DNA of 42,146 bases from Squalus acanthias (Eukaryota): assembly GCA_030390025.1 (NCBI GenBank), contig JASTWF010000329.1, positions 496,001 to 538,146 of the forward strand, in the 5' to 3' direction. The notes beneath the pieces were generated by a model, which worked only from the letters and a program-made list of their open reading frames with translations, did no database searches and was not told the origin of the DNA. Below are positions 1 through 9,909 of this stretch, piece by piece. Each line of letters begins with the position of its first letter. Within the stretch, counting starts at the first letter, position 1. Position numbers and translations under genes: made by a program.

Positions 1-245
1 TTTCACACTCTTCCTCCCTGATTGCAATGTCTGCATCGTCCCTCTCTTTTGTGAAAACAGACGCAAAGTATTCATTAAGAACCATACCCATGTCTTCCAC
101 TTCCACACGCAGGTTACCTTTATAGTCCCTAATAGGCTCCACTCTTATTTTAGTTATCCTCTTGCTCTTAATGTATTTATAAAGCATCTTTGGGTTTTCC
201 TTGATTTTACTTGCCAATATTTTTTCATGCCCTCTCTTTGCTTTG
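1..245 (-). mobile_element. CR1-type LINE ORF2 fragment
   Basis: Reverse strand reads KAKRGHEKILASKIKENPK...VLNEYFASVFTKE, the CR1 ORF2 segment between endonuclease and RT; homologous to 4073-4490. Confidence 0.8.
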
Positions 246-250
246 CTTTT

Positions 251-480
251 CTTCTTCGAAATAGTGCCATAGGATCTTTGACGTCCACCTGAGAGAGTAG
301 ACGGGGCCTCGGTTTAACGTCTACTCCAAAAATCGGCACCTCCGACAGTGCCGCACTCCCTCAGTACTGCACTGGAGTGTCAGCCTAGATTTTTGTGTTC
401 AAGTCTCTGGAGTGGGACTTGAACCCACAACTTTCTGACTCAGAGGCGAGAGTGCTACCCACTGAGCCACTGGCTGACAC
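251..480 (-). mobile_element. tRNA-headed SINE (Deu-domain/SacSINE1-like), tail missing
   Basis: Reverse complement matches the first half of the full copy at 4492-4958; Pol III A-box-like TGGCTCAGTGG and B-box-like GGTTCAAGTCC on the minus strand. Confidence 0.8.
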
Positions 481-491
481 TGAAGAACAAG

Positions 492-592
492 CAGTTCTGA
501 CAAAAGGTCATCGACCTGAAACGTTAACTCGGTTTCTGTCTCCACAGATGCTGCCTGACCTGCTGAGTATTTCCAGCATTTTCTGCTTTTAA
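492..592 (+). mobile_element. Penelope-like element 3' terminus with mutated minimal hammerhead motif
   Basis: CAGTT-CTGACAA-AAGGTCATCGACCT-GAAAC-GTT-AACT followed by CCACAGATGCTGCCTGACCTGCTGAG; same end as the GIY-YIG-bearing copy at 24184-25076. Core CTGACGA is mutated to CTGACAA. Confidence 0.7.
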
Positions 593-619
593 TTAAAGAA
601 ACAAGGGACAGGAAGAATG

Positions 620-900
620 TTGGGTCGTCCTGCGCATGCGCACCTCCCTGACGGCTGAGGCGAAACACCGACTCGCCCCCACCTGAGCCGCGCACACGTA
701 CCAGATGTTGCGGATCCGCATGCGCGCCCGATGTTCCAACCGCGGGGTTTTGTGCGCTGAGCATGCGCGTTGTGGACCGATCGGGACGGGCGATTGTGGA
801 GTAGGAGGGAGAGCGCGGGGGCCATGAGCACATGGGCGGGACTCAGAGTCAACAGAGCGCTTTCTGGAGCGCCGGGGCTTGTGGGTATTGCAGCCGCCAT
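620..900 (+). promoter_or_regulatory. CpG-rich promoter region of ZNF-1 with NRF1 motifs
   Basis: Perfect TGCGCATGCGCA at 631-642, further GCATGCGC at ~718 and ~761, high CpG density; upstream of acceptor TTTTACAG (AG 1029-1030). Confidence 0.6.
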
Positions 901-1139
901 TACTGCTGATCCTTTCAACCAACCTGTGCAGCAGCTGGAGCCTGAAAATCAGCTTCACTGCCCCTAGGTTCGGAAAGGGGAAAATTAAACAACAGTTTGC
1001 CTCTGATCCTTTTCTAAACTCATTTTACAGGGTTATAGAAGTGGAGCAGTTACAGGCGGGAAGCTCAGACCAAACAACACGTCAAGATCTGACAGAGTCG
1101 CTCGATTCATCAGGATCTGAATATCATCGGCCTTTGCAC

Positions 1140-2273
1140 ATGGAAGGAGAAAGCAGCGATCGCAGCGATGACAAACCGCACACATGTTCGGTGTGTGGAC
1201 GTGGATTCAGCCGATCGCCTGACCTGGCGAGACACGTGCACCGTCACACCGGGGAGAAACCGGGTAAAGGTGGGGACGGTGGGAAGGGATTCAGTTCCCC
1301 GTCTGCAATAGAAGTTCAACGGCGCAGTCACACCAGGGACAGTCCGTTCACCTGCTCCGTGTGTGGAAAGGGATTTGTTTGTTCATCCCACCTGCAAACA
1401 CACCAGCGAGTTCACACTGGGGAGAGGCCGTTCACCTGCTCCGTGTGTGGAAAGGGATTTGTTTGTTCATCCCACCTGCAAACACACCAGCGAGTTCACA
1501 CTGACGAGAGACCATTTCAGTGTTCTGACTGTTGGAAGAGCTTTAAAAGCCCCCAGGATCTGAAGGGACACCAGCTTGTTCACACTGATGAGAGACCATT
1601 TCAGTGTTCTGACTGTTGGAAGAGCTTTAAAAGCCCCCAGGATCTGAAGGGACACCAGCGAGTTCACACTGATGAGAGGCCGTTTAACTGTCCTGACTGT
1701 GGAAAGATCTTTAAAAGCTCCGGGGATCTGAAGAGACACCAGCTTATTCACACTGCGGAAAGGCTGTTCACCTGTTCCGTGTGTGGGAAGGGATTCTTGC
1801 AGTCTTGCAACCTGCTGAGACACCAGCTTGTTCACACTGATGAGAGACCATTTAACTGTTCTGACTGTGGGAAGAATTTTAAAAGCCCCCGGGAGCTGAA
1901 GGGACACCAGCTTGTTCACACTGGGGAGAGACCCTTTAAATGTTCTGACTGTGGGAAGAGCTTTAAAAGCTCCGGGGAGCTGAAGAAACACCAGCTTGTT
2001 CACACTGACGAGAAACCCTTTAAATGTTCTGACTGTGGGAAGAGATTTAAAAGCTCCCAGGAGCTGAAGAGACACCAACACCTATACACTGGGGAGAGAC
2101 CGTTCACCTGCTCAGTGTGTGGGAAGGGATTCACTGAATCATCCACCCTGCTGACACACCAGCTTGTTCACACTGACGAGAGACCCTTTAAATGTTCTGA
2201 CTGTGGGAAGAGCTTTAAAAGCTCGAAGAGCCTTAAGGGACACCAGCGTCTTCAGACTGATCATAGAATCTAA
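1140..2273 (+). CDS. Tandem C2H2 zinc-finger protein ZNF-1 (~10 intact + 3 degenerate fingers)
   Basis: Within ORF 879-2273; first true ATG (MEGE) at 1140; CxxC-x12-HxxxH repeats with TGERP/TDERP linkers; the stop lies inside a CR1 tail. The frame is also open from the acceptor at 1031, so an upstream coding exon is possible. Confidence 0.85.
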   Translation: MEGESSDRSDDKPHTCSVCGRGFSRSPDLARHVHRHTGEKPGKGGDGGKGFSSPSAIEVQRRSHTRDSPFTCSVCGKGFVCSSHLQTHQRVHTGERPFTCSVCGKGFVCSSHLQTHQRVHTDERPFQCSDCWKSFKSPQDLKGHQLVHTDERPFQCSDCWKSFKSPQDLKGHQRVHTDERPFNCPDCGKIFKSSGDLKRHQLIHTAERLFTCSVCGKGFLQSCNLLRHQLVHTDERPFNCSDCGKNFKSPRELKGHQLVHTGERPFKCSDCGKSFKSSGELKKHQLVHTDEKPFKCSDCGKRFKSSQELKRHQHLYTGERPFTCSVCGKGFTESSTLLTHQLVHTDERPFKCSDCGKSFKSSKSLKGHQRLQTDHRI

Positions 2274-2810
2274 CAGCACAGAAGGAGGTGATTCGGCCCA
2301 TCGTGCCTGTGCCGGCTCTTTGAAAGAACTGTCCAATTTAGTCCCAAACCCCAGCTTTATTCCAGAACTCTGCAAACTAGTCCTCTTCAAGTACACGTCC
2401 AATCACCGTTTGAAAGTTCCTGTGGAACCTGATTCCAGCATCCTTTCAGATGGTGTGTTCCAGATCTTAACAACCCTCTGTGTGAAAACAATTCTCCTCA
2501 TTCACCTCTAGTTCTTTTAGCAACTATTTTAAATCTGTGACCTTTGGTTACCGACCCACTTGCCAGAGGGAACAGTTTCTCCCTACTTGCTCGATCAAAA
2601 CCCCTCATCATTTTGAACCCCTCTATTAGGTCTCCTCTTAACCTTCTCTGCTCTAAGGGGAACAATTCCAGCTTCTCCAATCTCTCCACATAACTGAAGT
2701 CCCTCATCACTGGTACCATCCTGGTCAACCTCCTCTGCACCCTCTCCAAGGCCTTGACATCCTTCCTAAAGTGTGGTGCCCAGAACTGTGCACAAGACTC
2801 CAGCTGAGGC
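2261..2810 (-). mobile_element. CR1 LINE 3' end (continues at 3391-4490 and 4959-5150)
   Basis: Tail CATAGAATC at 2262; minus ORF LERVQRRLTRMVP...LEQRRLRGDLIE, the CR1 ORF2 C-terminus. Confidence 0.9.
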
Positions 2811-3390
2811 CAAAACCCTGCAGCTGTACAAAACCCTGGTTAGACCACACCTGGAGTACTGTGAGCAGTTCTGGGCACCACACCTTAGGAAGGATATATT
2901 GGCCTTGGAGGGAGTGCAGCGCAGGTTTACCAGAATGATACCCGGACTTCAAGGGTTAAGTTACGGTGGGAGATTACACAAATTAGGGTTGTATTCCCTA
3001 GAATTTAGACGGTTAAGGTGTGATCTGATCGAGGTTTTCAGGATATTAAGGGAAACAGGGTAGATAGAGAGAAACTATTTCCGCTGGTTGGGGATTCTAG
3101 GACTCGGGGCATAGTCTAAAAATTAGAGCCAGACCTTTCAGGAGTGAAATTAGGAAACACTTCTACACACAAAGGGTGGTAGAATTTGGAGCTCTCTTCC
3201 GCAAACGGCAATTGATGCGAGATCAATTGTTAATTTTAAATCTGAGATTGTTAGGTTTTTTGTTGCCCAAAGGTATTAAGGGATATGAGCCAAAGGCGGG
3301 TATATGGAGTTAGGTCACAGATCAGCCATGATCTCATTGAATGGCGGACCAGGCTCGAGGGGCTGAATGGCCTCCTCCTGTCCTATGTTC
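2811..3390 (+). mobile_element. 5'-truncated CR1 LINE nested in the minus-strand CR1
   Basis: LYKTLVRPHLEYCEQFWAPHLRKD...RRLRCDLIEVF, then 3'UTR GGCTCGAGGGGCTGAATGGCCT and tail CCTATGTTCC. Confidence 0.9.
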
Positions 3391-5150
3391 CTAACTAGTG
3401 ATTTGTAAAGGTTTAGTGTAACTTCCTTGTTTTTGTATTCAATGGCCCTATTTGCAAAGCCAAGTATCCCATACGCTTTCTGAACCGCCTCACCAACTTG
3501 CCGTGGCACTTTCAAAGATTTGTGAATATGGACCCCCAGGTCCCTCTGCTCTTGCACCCCCTCAAAATAGTCCCATTTAGATTATACGGCCTCTCCCTGT
3601 TGTTCCTCCCAAAGTGCATCACTTCACACTTATCCTCATTTAATTTCATCTGCCTTGTGTCTGCTCATTTCACAGTCTGTCTCTGTCCTCCTGAAGTCTG
3701 CTACTACTATGCTCACTATTTACTACGTTGCCAAGTTTTGTATCATCTGTAAACTTCAAACTTGTCCACCTATACCCAAGTCCAGGTCAGTTATATATAA
3801 CAAGAAAAGCAATGGTCCTAATCCTGACCCCTGGGGGAACCCACTGCATACTTCCCTCCAGTCAGAAAAACATCCCTCAGCACTGCTCACTGCCTCCTCT
3901 CCCTTAGCCAATTATATACCCAAATTACGATCAGCCCTTTCATTCCCTGTGCTTCTATTTTCCGAGTAAGTCTCTTATGTGGTACTTTATCAAATGCCTT
4001 TTGAAAGTCCATATAAACAGCATCTACTGCACTACCTTCATCAACCCTCTGTTACTTCATCAAAGAACTCAATCAGGTTAGTCCCATATCCAAGGAGGAT
4101 TGAAAGATTGTGGTCAGAGCTTCTACTATCTCCACCCTAGCCTCCCTCAGCAATCTAGGATGCATTCCATCTGGACCGGGTGACTTGTTAACTTTGAGTG
4201 AAGACAACCTATTTAGCACCTCCTTTCTATCTATTTTTATCCTATCCAATTTCTCTACTCCCCCCTCCTCTACTGCGACATTAACTTCATCCTCTTCTTT
4301 TGTGAAGACAGATGCTAAGTACTCATTCAGTACCTCAGCCACGCCCTCTGCCTCGGTATGATGAGCTCCTATTTGGTCCCTAATCAGCCCCACCATTCCT
4401 TTAACCATCCTTTTACTTTTGATACATATATGAAAGATTTTTGGGTTCCCTTTTACGTTACCCACTAATCTTTTCTCGTATTCTCTCCCTTGTGTCAGCT
4501 GTGGCTCAGTGGATAGCACACTCACCTCTGAGTCAGAAGGTTGTGGGTTCTAGTCCCACTCCAGAGACTTGAGCACATAAAGCTAGGCTAACACTCCAGT
4601 GTAGTGCTGAGGGAGTGCTGCACTGTTGGAGGTGCTGTCTTTCTGATGAGACTTTAAACTGAGGCCCCGTCTGCTCTCTCAGGTGGATGTTAAAGATCCC
4701 ATGGCACTATTTTGAAGAAGAGTAGGGGAGTTATCACCGGTGTCCTGGCCAATATTTATCACTCAACCAACACAACAAAAACAGATTATCTGGTTATTAT
4801 CACATTGCTGTTTGTGGGAGCTTGCTGAGCGCTAATTGGCTGCCGTGTTTCTCACATTACAACAGTGACTACACTTCAAAAGTACTTCATTGGCTGTAAA
4901 GAGCTTTGAGATGTCCGGTGGTCGTGAAAGGCGCTATATAAATGCAAGTCTTTCTTTCATATATCCTTTTTCAATTTCCCCCCACTCTCTGTATTCTCCT
5001 GGTTTTTTGACTGTATTCTGTACCTGACATTTGTCGTAAACCTCCTTTTTCTGTTTTATTCTAACCTCTATATCCTTTGTCATCCAGGGAGCTCGAGCTT
5101 TGGACGCCCCATCTTTCCTCCTTATGGGAATATGCTTGGTTTGTACCCGG
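3391..5150 (-). mobile_element. CR1 LINE ORF2 (RT region), degenerate, interrupted by a SINE
   Basis: Minus peptides EQRDLGVHIHKSLK, KSPGPDGMHPRLLRE, VLNEYLASVFTKE, PWMTKDI; frameshifts and an internal deletion near 4083. Confidence 0.85.
4492..4958 (+). mobile_element. Full-length tRNA-headed Deu-domain SINE (SacSINE1-like) with L2-type tail
   Basis: A-box TGGCTCAGTGG, B-box-like GGTTCTAGTCC, central GATCCCATGGCACTATTTTGAAGAAGAG...GTCCTGGCCAATATTTAT, tail GGCGCTATATAAATGCAAGTCTTTCTTTC shared with L2 ends in this window. Confidence 0.8.
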
Positions 5151-5243
5151 TGTCAAATTTTGTTTTATAACGCTCCCGTGAAGCACGTTGGGACATTTTA
5201 CTACATTAAAGACGTTATATAAATACAAATCGTTGTTATTGTC
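5150..5243 (+). mobile_element. L2 LINE 3' tail remnant
   Basis: GGGACATTTTACTACATTAAAGACGTTATATAAATACAAATCGTTGTT resembles the L2 tail at 18139-18230. Confidence 0.6.
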
Positions 5244-5479
5244 TGAAACTAACAAATTCCACAGAGGAAAAATAACAGTATTTTTACTCCCAAATATTAA
5301 ATATTTTGTTCCACGAGGTTTAACTGCCTTTCTTCATGAATTTAAAAAGTCTGTATTAAAATCTGAGCCAGTGTGTTGTGAGACAAAGAGCCTTGTGTCC
5401 AATAAGGGGAATAAAGGCCCACAGCCTCCCCTGGCCCCGGGCCCTGAACAAGGGACTGGAGAAACTCGCTGCCCCGCGG

Positions 5480-5849
5480 ATCAGACAATCAGCCGGCGCT
5501 AGTCCCGCCCCTCGGGCTCCCCGATTGGTTGGAGGACCCGCCGTCGGCTCGCGCCTCCAGCCCCGCCCTGCTCGCTCGCTATTGGTCCGAAGTTCACGTC
5601 AATCAGGCCGTGGGCCCGGGTCACATGTCTCCGGAGAGATCACGTGCTCCGTCCAACTGACTCCGCTCGGTCCGGGGCCTCGCGGACTCTGAGGTTTTTC
5701 TATTTCTCTTTATTCTCTCCCGATCCACCCCTCCCCCCCGACCCCGCGCGATTCACCACCCAATCGGAGCGGAGAAAACTTACACTGCGTCACCCGGGCA
5801 GTGTGAACTGAGCATGCGCGGACCTTGTCAGCAGCCGCTGACACATCAG
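5480..5849 (+). promoter_or_regulatory. ZNF-2 CpG-island promoter and non-coding exon 1
   Basis: GC boxes (CCCGCCCC), CCAAT boxes (ATTGG ~5524, ~5581; CCAAT ~5760), E-box TCACGTG 5640-5646, GCATGCGCG ~5812; splice donor CAG|GTGAGA with GT at 5850-5851. Confidence 0.7.
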
Positions 5850-6203
5850 GTGAGAGAGCTCAGGGAGCGGGTTAATAAACCCCGGGGGGACGCGGGCTGC
5901 ACACACCCCGAGTGCGGCCCCAGGCCCCATTATTAAAACACTCAACATTATCCGCTTCACAAACACCCGGGGTGGGCCTCAGGCCCCGAACAAGAGCCTC
6001 CGGGCCGGGCGTTTGCCCCGAGCGGGGCGGCAGCTGCGGGGCTTTCTCCCGGTGACAGGCCCGGGTTAACGGCCGCCATCTTGACAGGCTCAGGGGGCAG
6101 CAGGGCGCATGCGCGGCCCCCTTGGCCAGGAACCAGGAGGAGAGAATCTTGGCAATTTCTATCCTGGACTCACAGTCATGGCTTTTGGAAACTCCTTTTA
6201 CAG
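5850..6203 (+). other. Predicted intron 1 of ZNF-2 (GT-AG) with YY1 and NRF1 motifs
   Basis: Donor GTGAGA at 5850; acceptor CTCCTTTTACAG ending 6203; GCCGCCATCTTG at 6072-6083 (YY1 consensus) and GCGCATGCGC at ~6105. Confidence 0.65.
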
Positions 6204-6567
6204 GCTGTGAGAAGGGCAGCATTTACACACCGCAAACTCACACCAAACATCACATCAAGATCTGACAGAGTCACTCCATTCATCAGGACCCGAATATCAT
6301 CGGCCTTTGAATGTGGAAGGAGAAATGTTTGTCTGTTCTGTCTGTGGGAAAAGATTTCAAACATCAGTGTGACTGGAAAAGCACCGAGACACACACACCC
6401 GAGTGAGAGTGTTCCAGTGCACTGACTGTGGAAAGAGCTTTAACCAGTTACACAGCTGAAAAAAACATTGCACCGTTCACAGCGGGGAGAAACCGTACAC
6501 GTGTTCTGTGTGTGGACGAGGCTTCAACTGATCGTCCAACCTGGAGAGACACAAGGACACCCGCACC

Positions 6568-7884
6568 ACGGAGAAACCGTGGAAATGTGGGGACTGTGGG
6601 AAGGGATTCAGTTCCCCATCGAAGCTGGAAATTCATCGACGCAGTCACACCGGGGAGAGGCCGTTCACCTGCTCTGTGTGTGGGAAGGGATTCTCTCATT
6701 CATCCAACCGTCTGGTACACCAGCGAGTTCACACTGCGGAGAGGCTGTTCACCTGCTCTATGTGTGGGAAGAGATTCACTTGTTCATCTGAGCTTGTGAA
6801 ACACCAGCACATTCAAACTGGAGAGAGTCTGTTCACCTGCTCCGTGTGTAAGAAGGGATTCACTCGTTCATCCGAGCTTCTGAGACACCAGTGCATTCAC
6901 ACTGGAGACAGGCCGTTCACCTGTTCCGTATGTGAGAAGGGATTCACTAATTCATCCGACTTTCTGAAACACCAGCGAGTTCACGCTGAGGAGAGACCGT
7001 TCACCTGCTCCATGTGTGGGAAGGGATTCACTCAGTCATCCAACCTGCTGACACACCAGCGAGTTCACACTGGGGAGAGGCCGTTCACCTGCTCAGTGTG
7101 TGGGAAGGGATTCACTCAGTCATCTAACCTGCTGACACACCAGCGAGTTCACACCGGGGAGAGGCCGTTCACCTGCTCCGTGTGTGGGAAGGGATTCACT
7201 CAGCACTGCAGCCTGCTGACACACCAGCGACTTCACACTGGGGAGCGGCCATTCACCTGCACCGTGTGTGGGAAGGGATTCAGTCAGCACTCCAGCCTGC
7301 TGACACACCAGCGACTTCACACTGGGGAGCGGCCATTCACCTGCTCCGTGTGTGGGAAGGGATTCACTAATTCATCCGATGTTCTGACACACCAGCGAGT
7401 TCACACTGGGGAGAGACCATTCACCTGCTCCGAGTGTGGGAAGGGATTCACTCGGTCATCGCACCTCACTACACATCAACTTGTTCACACAGATAAAAGA
7501 CCTTTTAAATGTTCCGACTGTGAGAAGATCTTTAAAAGCACAAAGGAACTGCTGATACACCAGCGAGTTCACACTGGGGAGAAGCCGTTCATCTGCTCCG
7601 TGTGTGGGAAGGGATTCACTCAGTCATCAAACCTGCTGACACACCAGCGAGTTCACACTGGAGAGAAGCCATTCACCTGCTCTGAGTGTGGGAATCGATT
7701 CACTCAGTCATCCAACCTGCTGACACACCAGCGAGTTCACACTGGGGAGAGGCAGTTCACCTGCTCAGTGTGTGGGATGGGATTCACTCAGTCATCCCAA
7801 CTGCTGAGACACCAGCGAGTTCACCAGTGCCTACAGGGGTTGGATTCTGCTGTTATTGCTGCTGTTAATCACATCCAGGACTGA
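6568..7884 (+). CDS. Tandem C2H2 zinc-finger protein ZNF-2 (~15 fingers); family start codon reads ACG
   Basis: Frame open from 6532 to 7884; paralogs start accATGGAGAAACCGTGG but this copy has accACG at 6568; next in-frame ATG is 6760; normal stop replaced by TGC (7828); AATAAA at 7975-7980. Confidence 0.75.
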   Translation, partial: TEKPWKCGDCGKGFSSPSKLEIHRRSHTGERPFTCSVCGKGFSHSSNRLVHQRVHTAERLFTCSMCGKRFTCSSELVKHQHIQTGESLFTCSVCKKGFTRSSELLRHQCIHTGDRPFTCSVCEKGFTNSSDFLKHQRVHAEERPFTCSMCGKGFTQSSNLLTHQRVHTGERPFTCSVCGKGFTQSSNLLTHQRVHTGERPFTCSVCGKGFTQHCSLLTHQRLHTGERPFTCTVCGKGFSQHSSLLTHQRLHTGERPFTCSVCGKGFTNSSDVLTHQRVHTGERPFTCSECGKGFTRSSHLTTHQLVHTDKRPFKCSDCEKIFKSTKELLIHQRVHTGEKPFICSVCGKGFTQSSNLLTHQRVHTGEKPFTCSECGNRFTQSSNLLTHQRVHTGERQFTCSVCGMGFTQSSQLLRHQRVHQCLQGLDSAVIAAVNHIQD

Positions 7885-8012
7885 ACCATGTTCATTCTGA
7901 CAGTCGGAGTTTGTTTCTGCTGGTGTTAAACTCCAGCCCAGTTATAGGGTTATTAATATTCTGGATATATATCAAATAAATCAGCTTTGCTTTCAATGCA
8001 TTCCTGTAGATT

Positions 8013-8325
8013 TTTGTCACCATTTCTCCTCCATTTACAGACGCTCCCTGACCACCCACCATTTCTCCTCCATTTACAGACGCTCCCTGACCAGTCACCA
8101 TTTCTTCTCCATTTACAGACGCTCCCTGACCAGTCTCCATTTCTCCTCCATTTACAGACAATCCCTGACCAGTCACCATTTCTTCTCCATTTACAGACGC
8201 TCCCTGACCAGCCACCATTTCTTCTCCATTTACAGACGCTCCCTGACCAGTCACCATTTCTTCTCCATTTACAGACGCTCTTTGACCAGCCACCATTTCG
8301 TCTCCATTTACAGATGCTCCCTGAC
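8013..8325 (-). repeat. 39-bp minisatellite (~8 units)
   Basis: Reverse complement of unit GGTCAGGGAGCGTCTGTAAATGGAGGAGAAATGGTGACT; same family as 16160-16790. Confidence 0.95.
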
Positions 8326-8434
8326 TTCCTGTCTGTCCCGGAGTTTGGCGCGGGGCCCCTTTGTTGAGGGACCAGGCGGGTGGATAATGTTCACTGTTTT
8401 TATAATCGGGCCTGGGGCTGCACTCAGTGTAGTG

Positions 8435-8720
8435 AGGAAGGAAATGCAGTGGATGTTGTGGAGATGGATTGTCAAAAGGTGTTTGATCAGGTGGTGGACA
8501 GGAGGCTTGTTGATCAAATTAAGGCTCACGGTATTAAAGGGAGTGGGGCAGCGTGGATAGGAAGTTGGGTAAAGGGCAGAAAACAGAGAGTAGTGGTTAA
8601 TGGATGTTCTTCAGACTGGAGATGTGTGAGGTGATAGATTTAGGAGGAAGAAAAACATAGGAAATGTACATGAAATGGGAAAACTTTGAAAGGAGTAGAG
8701 GAGCAGAGAGACTTAGGGTG
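8435..8720 (+). mobile_element. CR1 RT fragment
   Basis: EGNAVDVVEMDCQKVFDQV...WIGSWVKGRKQRVVVNG, a degenerate DFxKAFDKV motif region. Confidence 0.75.
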
Positions 8721-8865
8721 TAAGATTCTAGATAACGCCTAGTCTTATTAACTTGCAGGTTCAAGTGTCCAGTGTCACCAACTTTAATACTCTATTAAGA
8801 AGCTGATGGCTTCATATTCTATCATCTTTGGGTTAAATGTTGTGATCATCGAGGTCAGCACCACG

Positions 8866-9788
8866 TGTCCCATCAACACTCCCAGGGCAGGTACAGCACG
8901 GGTTAGATGCAGAGTAAAGCTCCCTCTACACTGTCCCATCAACACTCCCAGGACAGGTACAGCACGGGTTAGATACAGAGTAAAGCTCCCTCTACACTGT
9001 CCCATCAAACACTCCCAGGGCAGGTACAGCACGGGTTAGATACAGAGTAAAGCTCCCTCTACACTGTCCCATCAAACACTCCCAGGGCAGGTACAGCACG
9101 GGTTAGATACAGAGTAAAGCTCCCTCTACACTGTCCCATCAAACACTCCCAGGGCAGGTACAGCACGGGTTAGATACAGAGTAAAGCTCCCTCTACACTG
9201 TCCCATCAAACACTCGCAGGGCAGGTACAGCACGGGTTAGATACAGAGGAAAGCTCCCTCTACACAGTCCCATCAAACACTCCCAGGCAGGTACAGCACG
9301 GGTTAGATACAGAGTAAAGCTCCCTCTACACTGTCCCATCAACACTCCCAGGGTACAGCATGGGTTAGATACAGAGTAAAGCTCCCTCTACACTGTCCCA
9401 TCAACACTCCCAGGGCAGGTACAGCACGGGTTAGATACAGAGTAAAGCTCCCTCTACACTGTCCCATCAAACACTCCCAGAGCAGGTACAGCACGGGTTA
9501 GATACAGAGTAAAGCTCCTGCTACACTGTCCTATCAACACTCCCAGGCAGGTACAGCATGGGTTAGATACAGAGTAAAGCTCCCTCTACACTGTCCCATC
9601 AACACTCCCAGGGCAGGTACAGCACGGGTTAGATACAGAGTAAAGCTCCCTCTACACTGTCCCATCAAACACTCCCAGAGCAGGTACAGCACGGGTTAGA
9701 TACAGAGTAAAGATCCCGCTACACTGTCCTATCAAACACTCCCAGGGCAGGTACAGCATAGGTTAGAGTCCGAGTAAAGATCCCTCTG
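8866..9788 (+). repeat. 67-bp minisatellite (~14 units)
   Basis: Unit CTGTCCCATCAAACACTCCCAGGGCAGGTACAGCACGGGTTAGATACAGAGTAAAGCTCCCTCTACA; period 67 (9001 to 9068). Confidence 0.95.
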
Positions 9789-9909
9789 TGATTCTGCAAT
9801 TGTTTACATAGGAGATCCCCAGTACCCACATTCCTGACTATTCAGCAGAATTTTCACAGGGATAAACCTTGCAAGAGACTTCACTGCATTTACACTAATC
9901 TCCTGTGTG

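Noticed and set aside
230..260. SINEs at 251 and 4492 both abut the same region of CR1 ORF2 (site-specific insertion?)
   Set aside because: Opposite orientations, and the first junction is a truncation mid-SINE; two cases cannot be told from chance.
1467..2081. Antisense and alternative-frame ORFs over zinc-finger exons
   Set aside because: Expected shadow frames of 84-bp finger repeats.
4492..4565. tRNA gene (also 405-480)
   Set aside because: A/B boxes are the head of a SINE and continue into the SINE body and tail.
6370..6531. Selenocysteine recoding of the conserved in-frame TGAs
   Set aside because: They align to Arg, not Cys, in intact paralogs, and I see no SECIS-like structure; CpG decay is sufficient.
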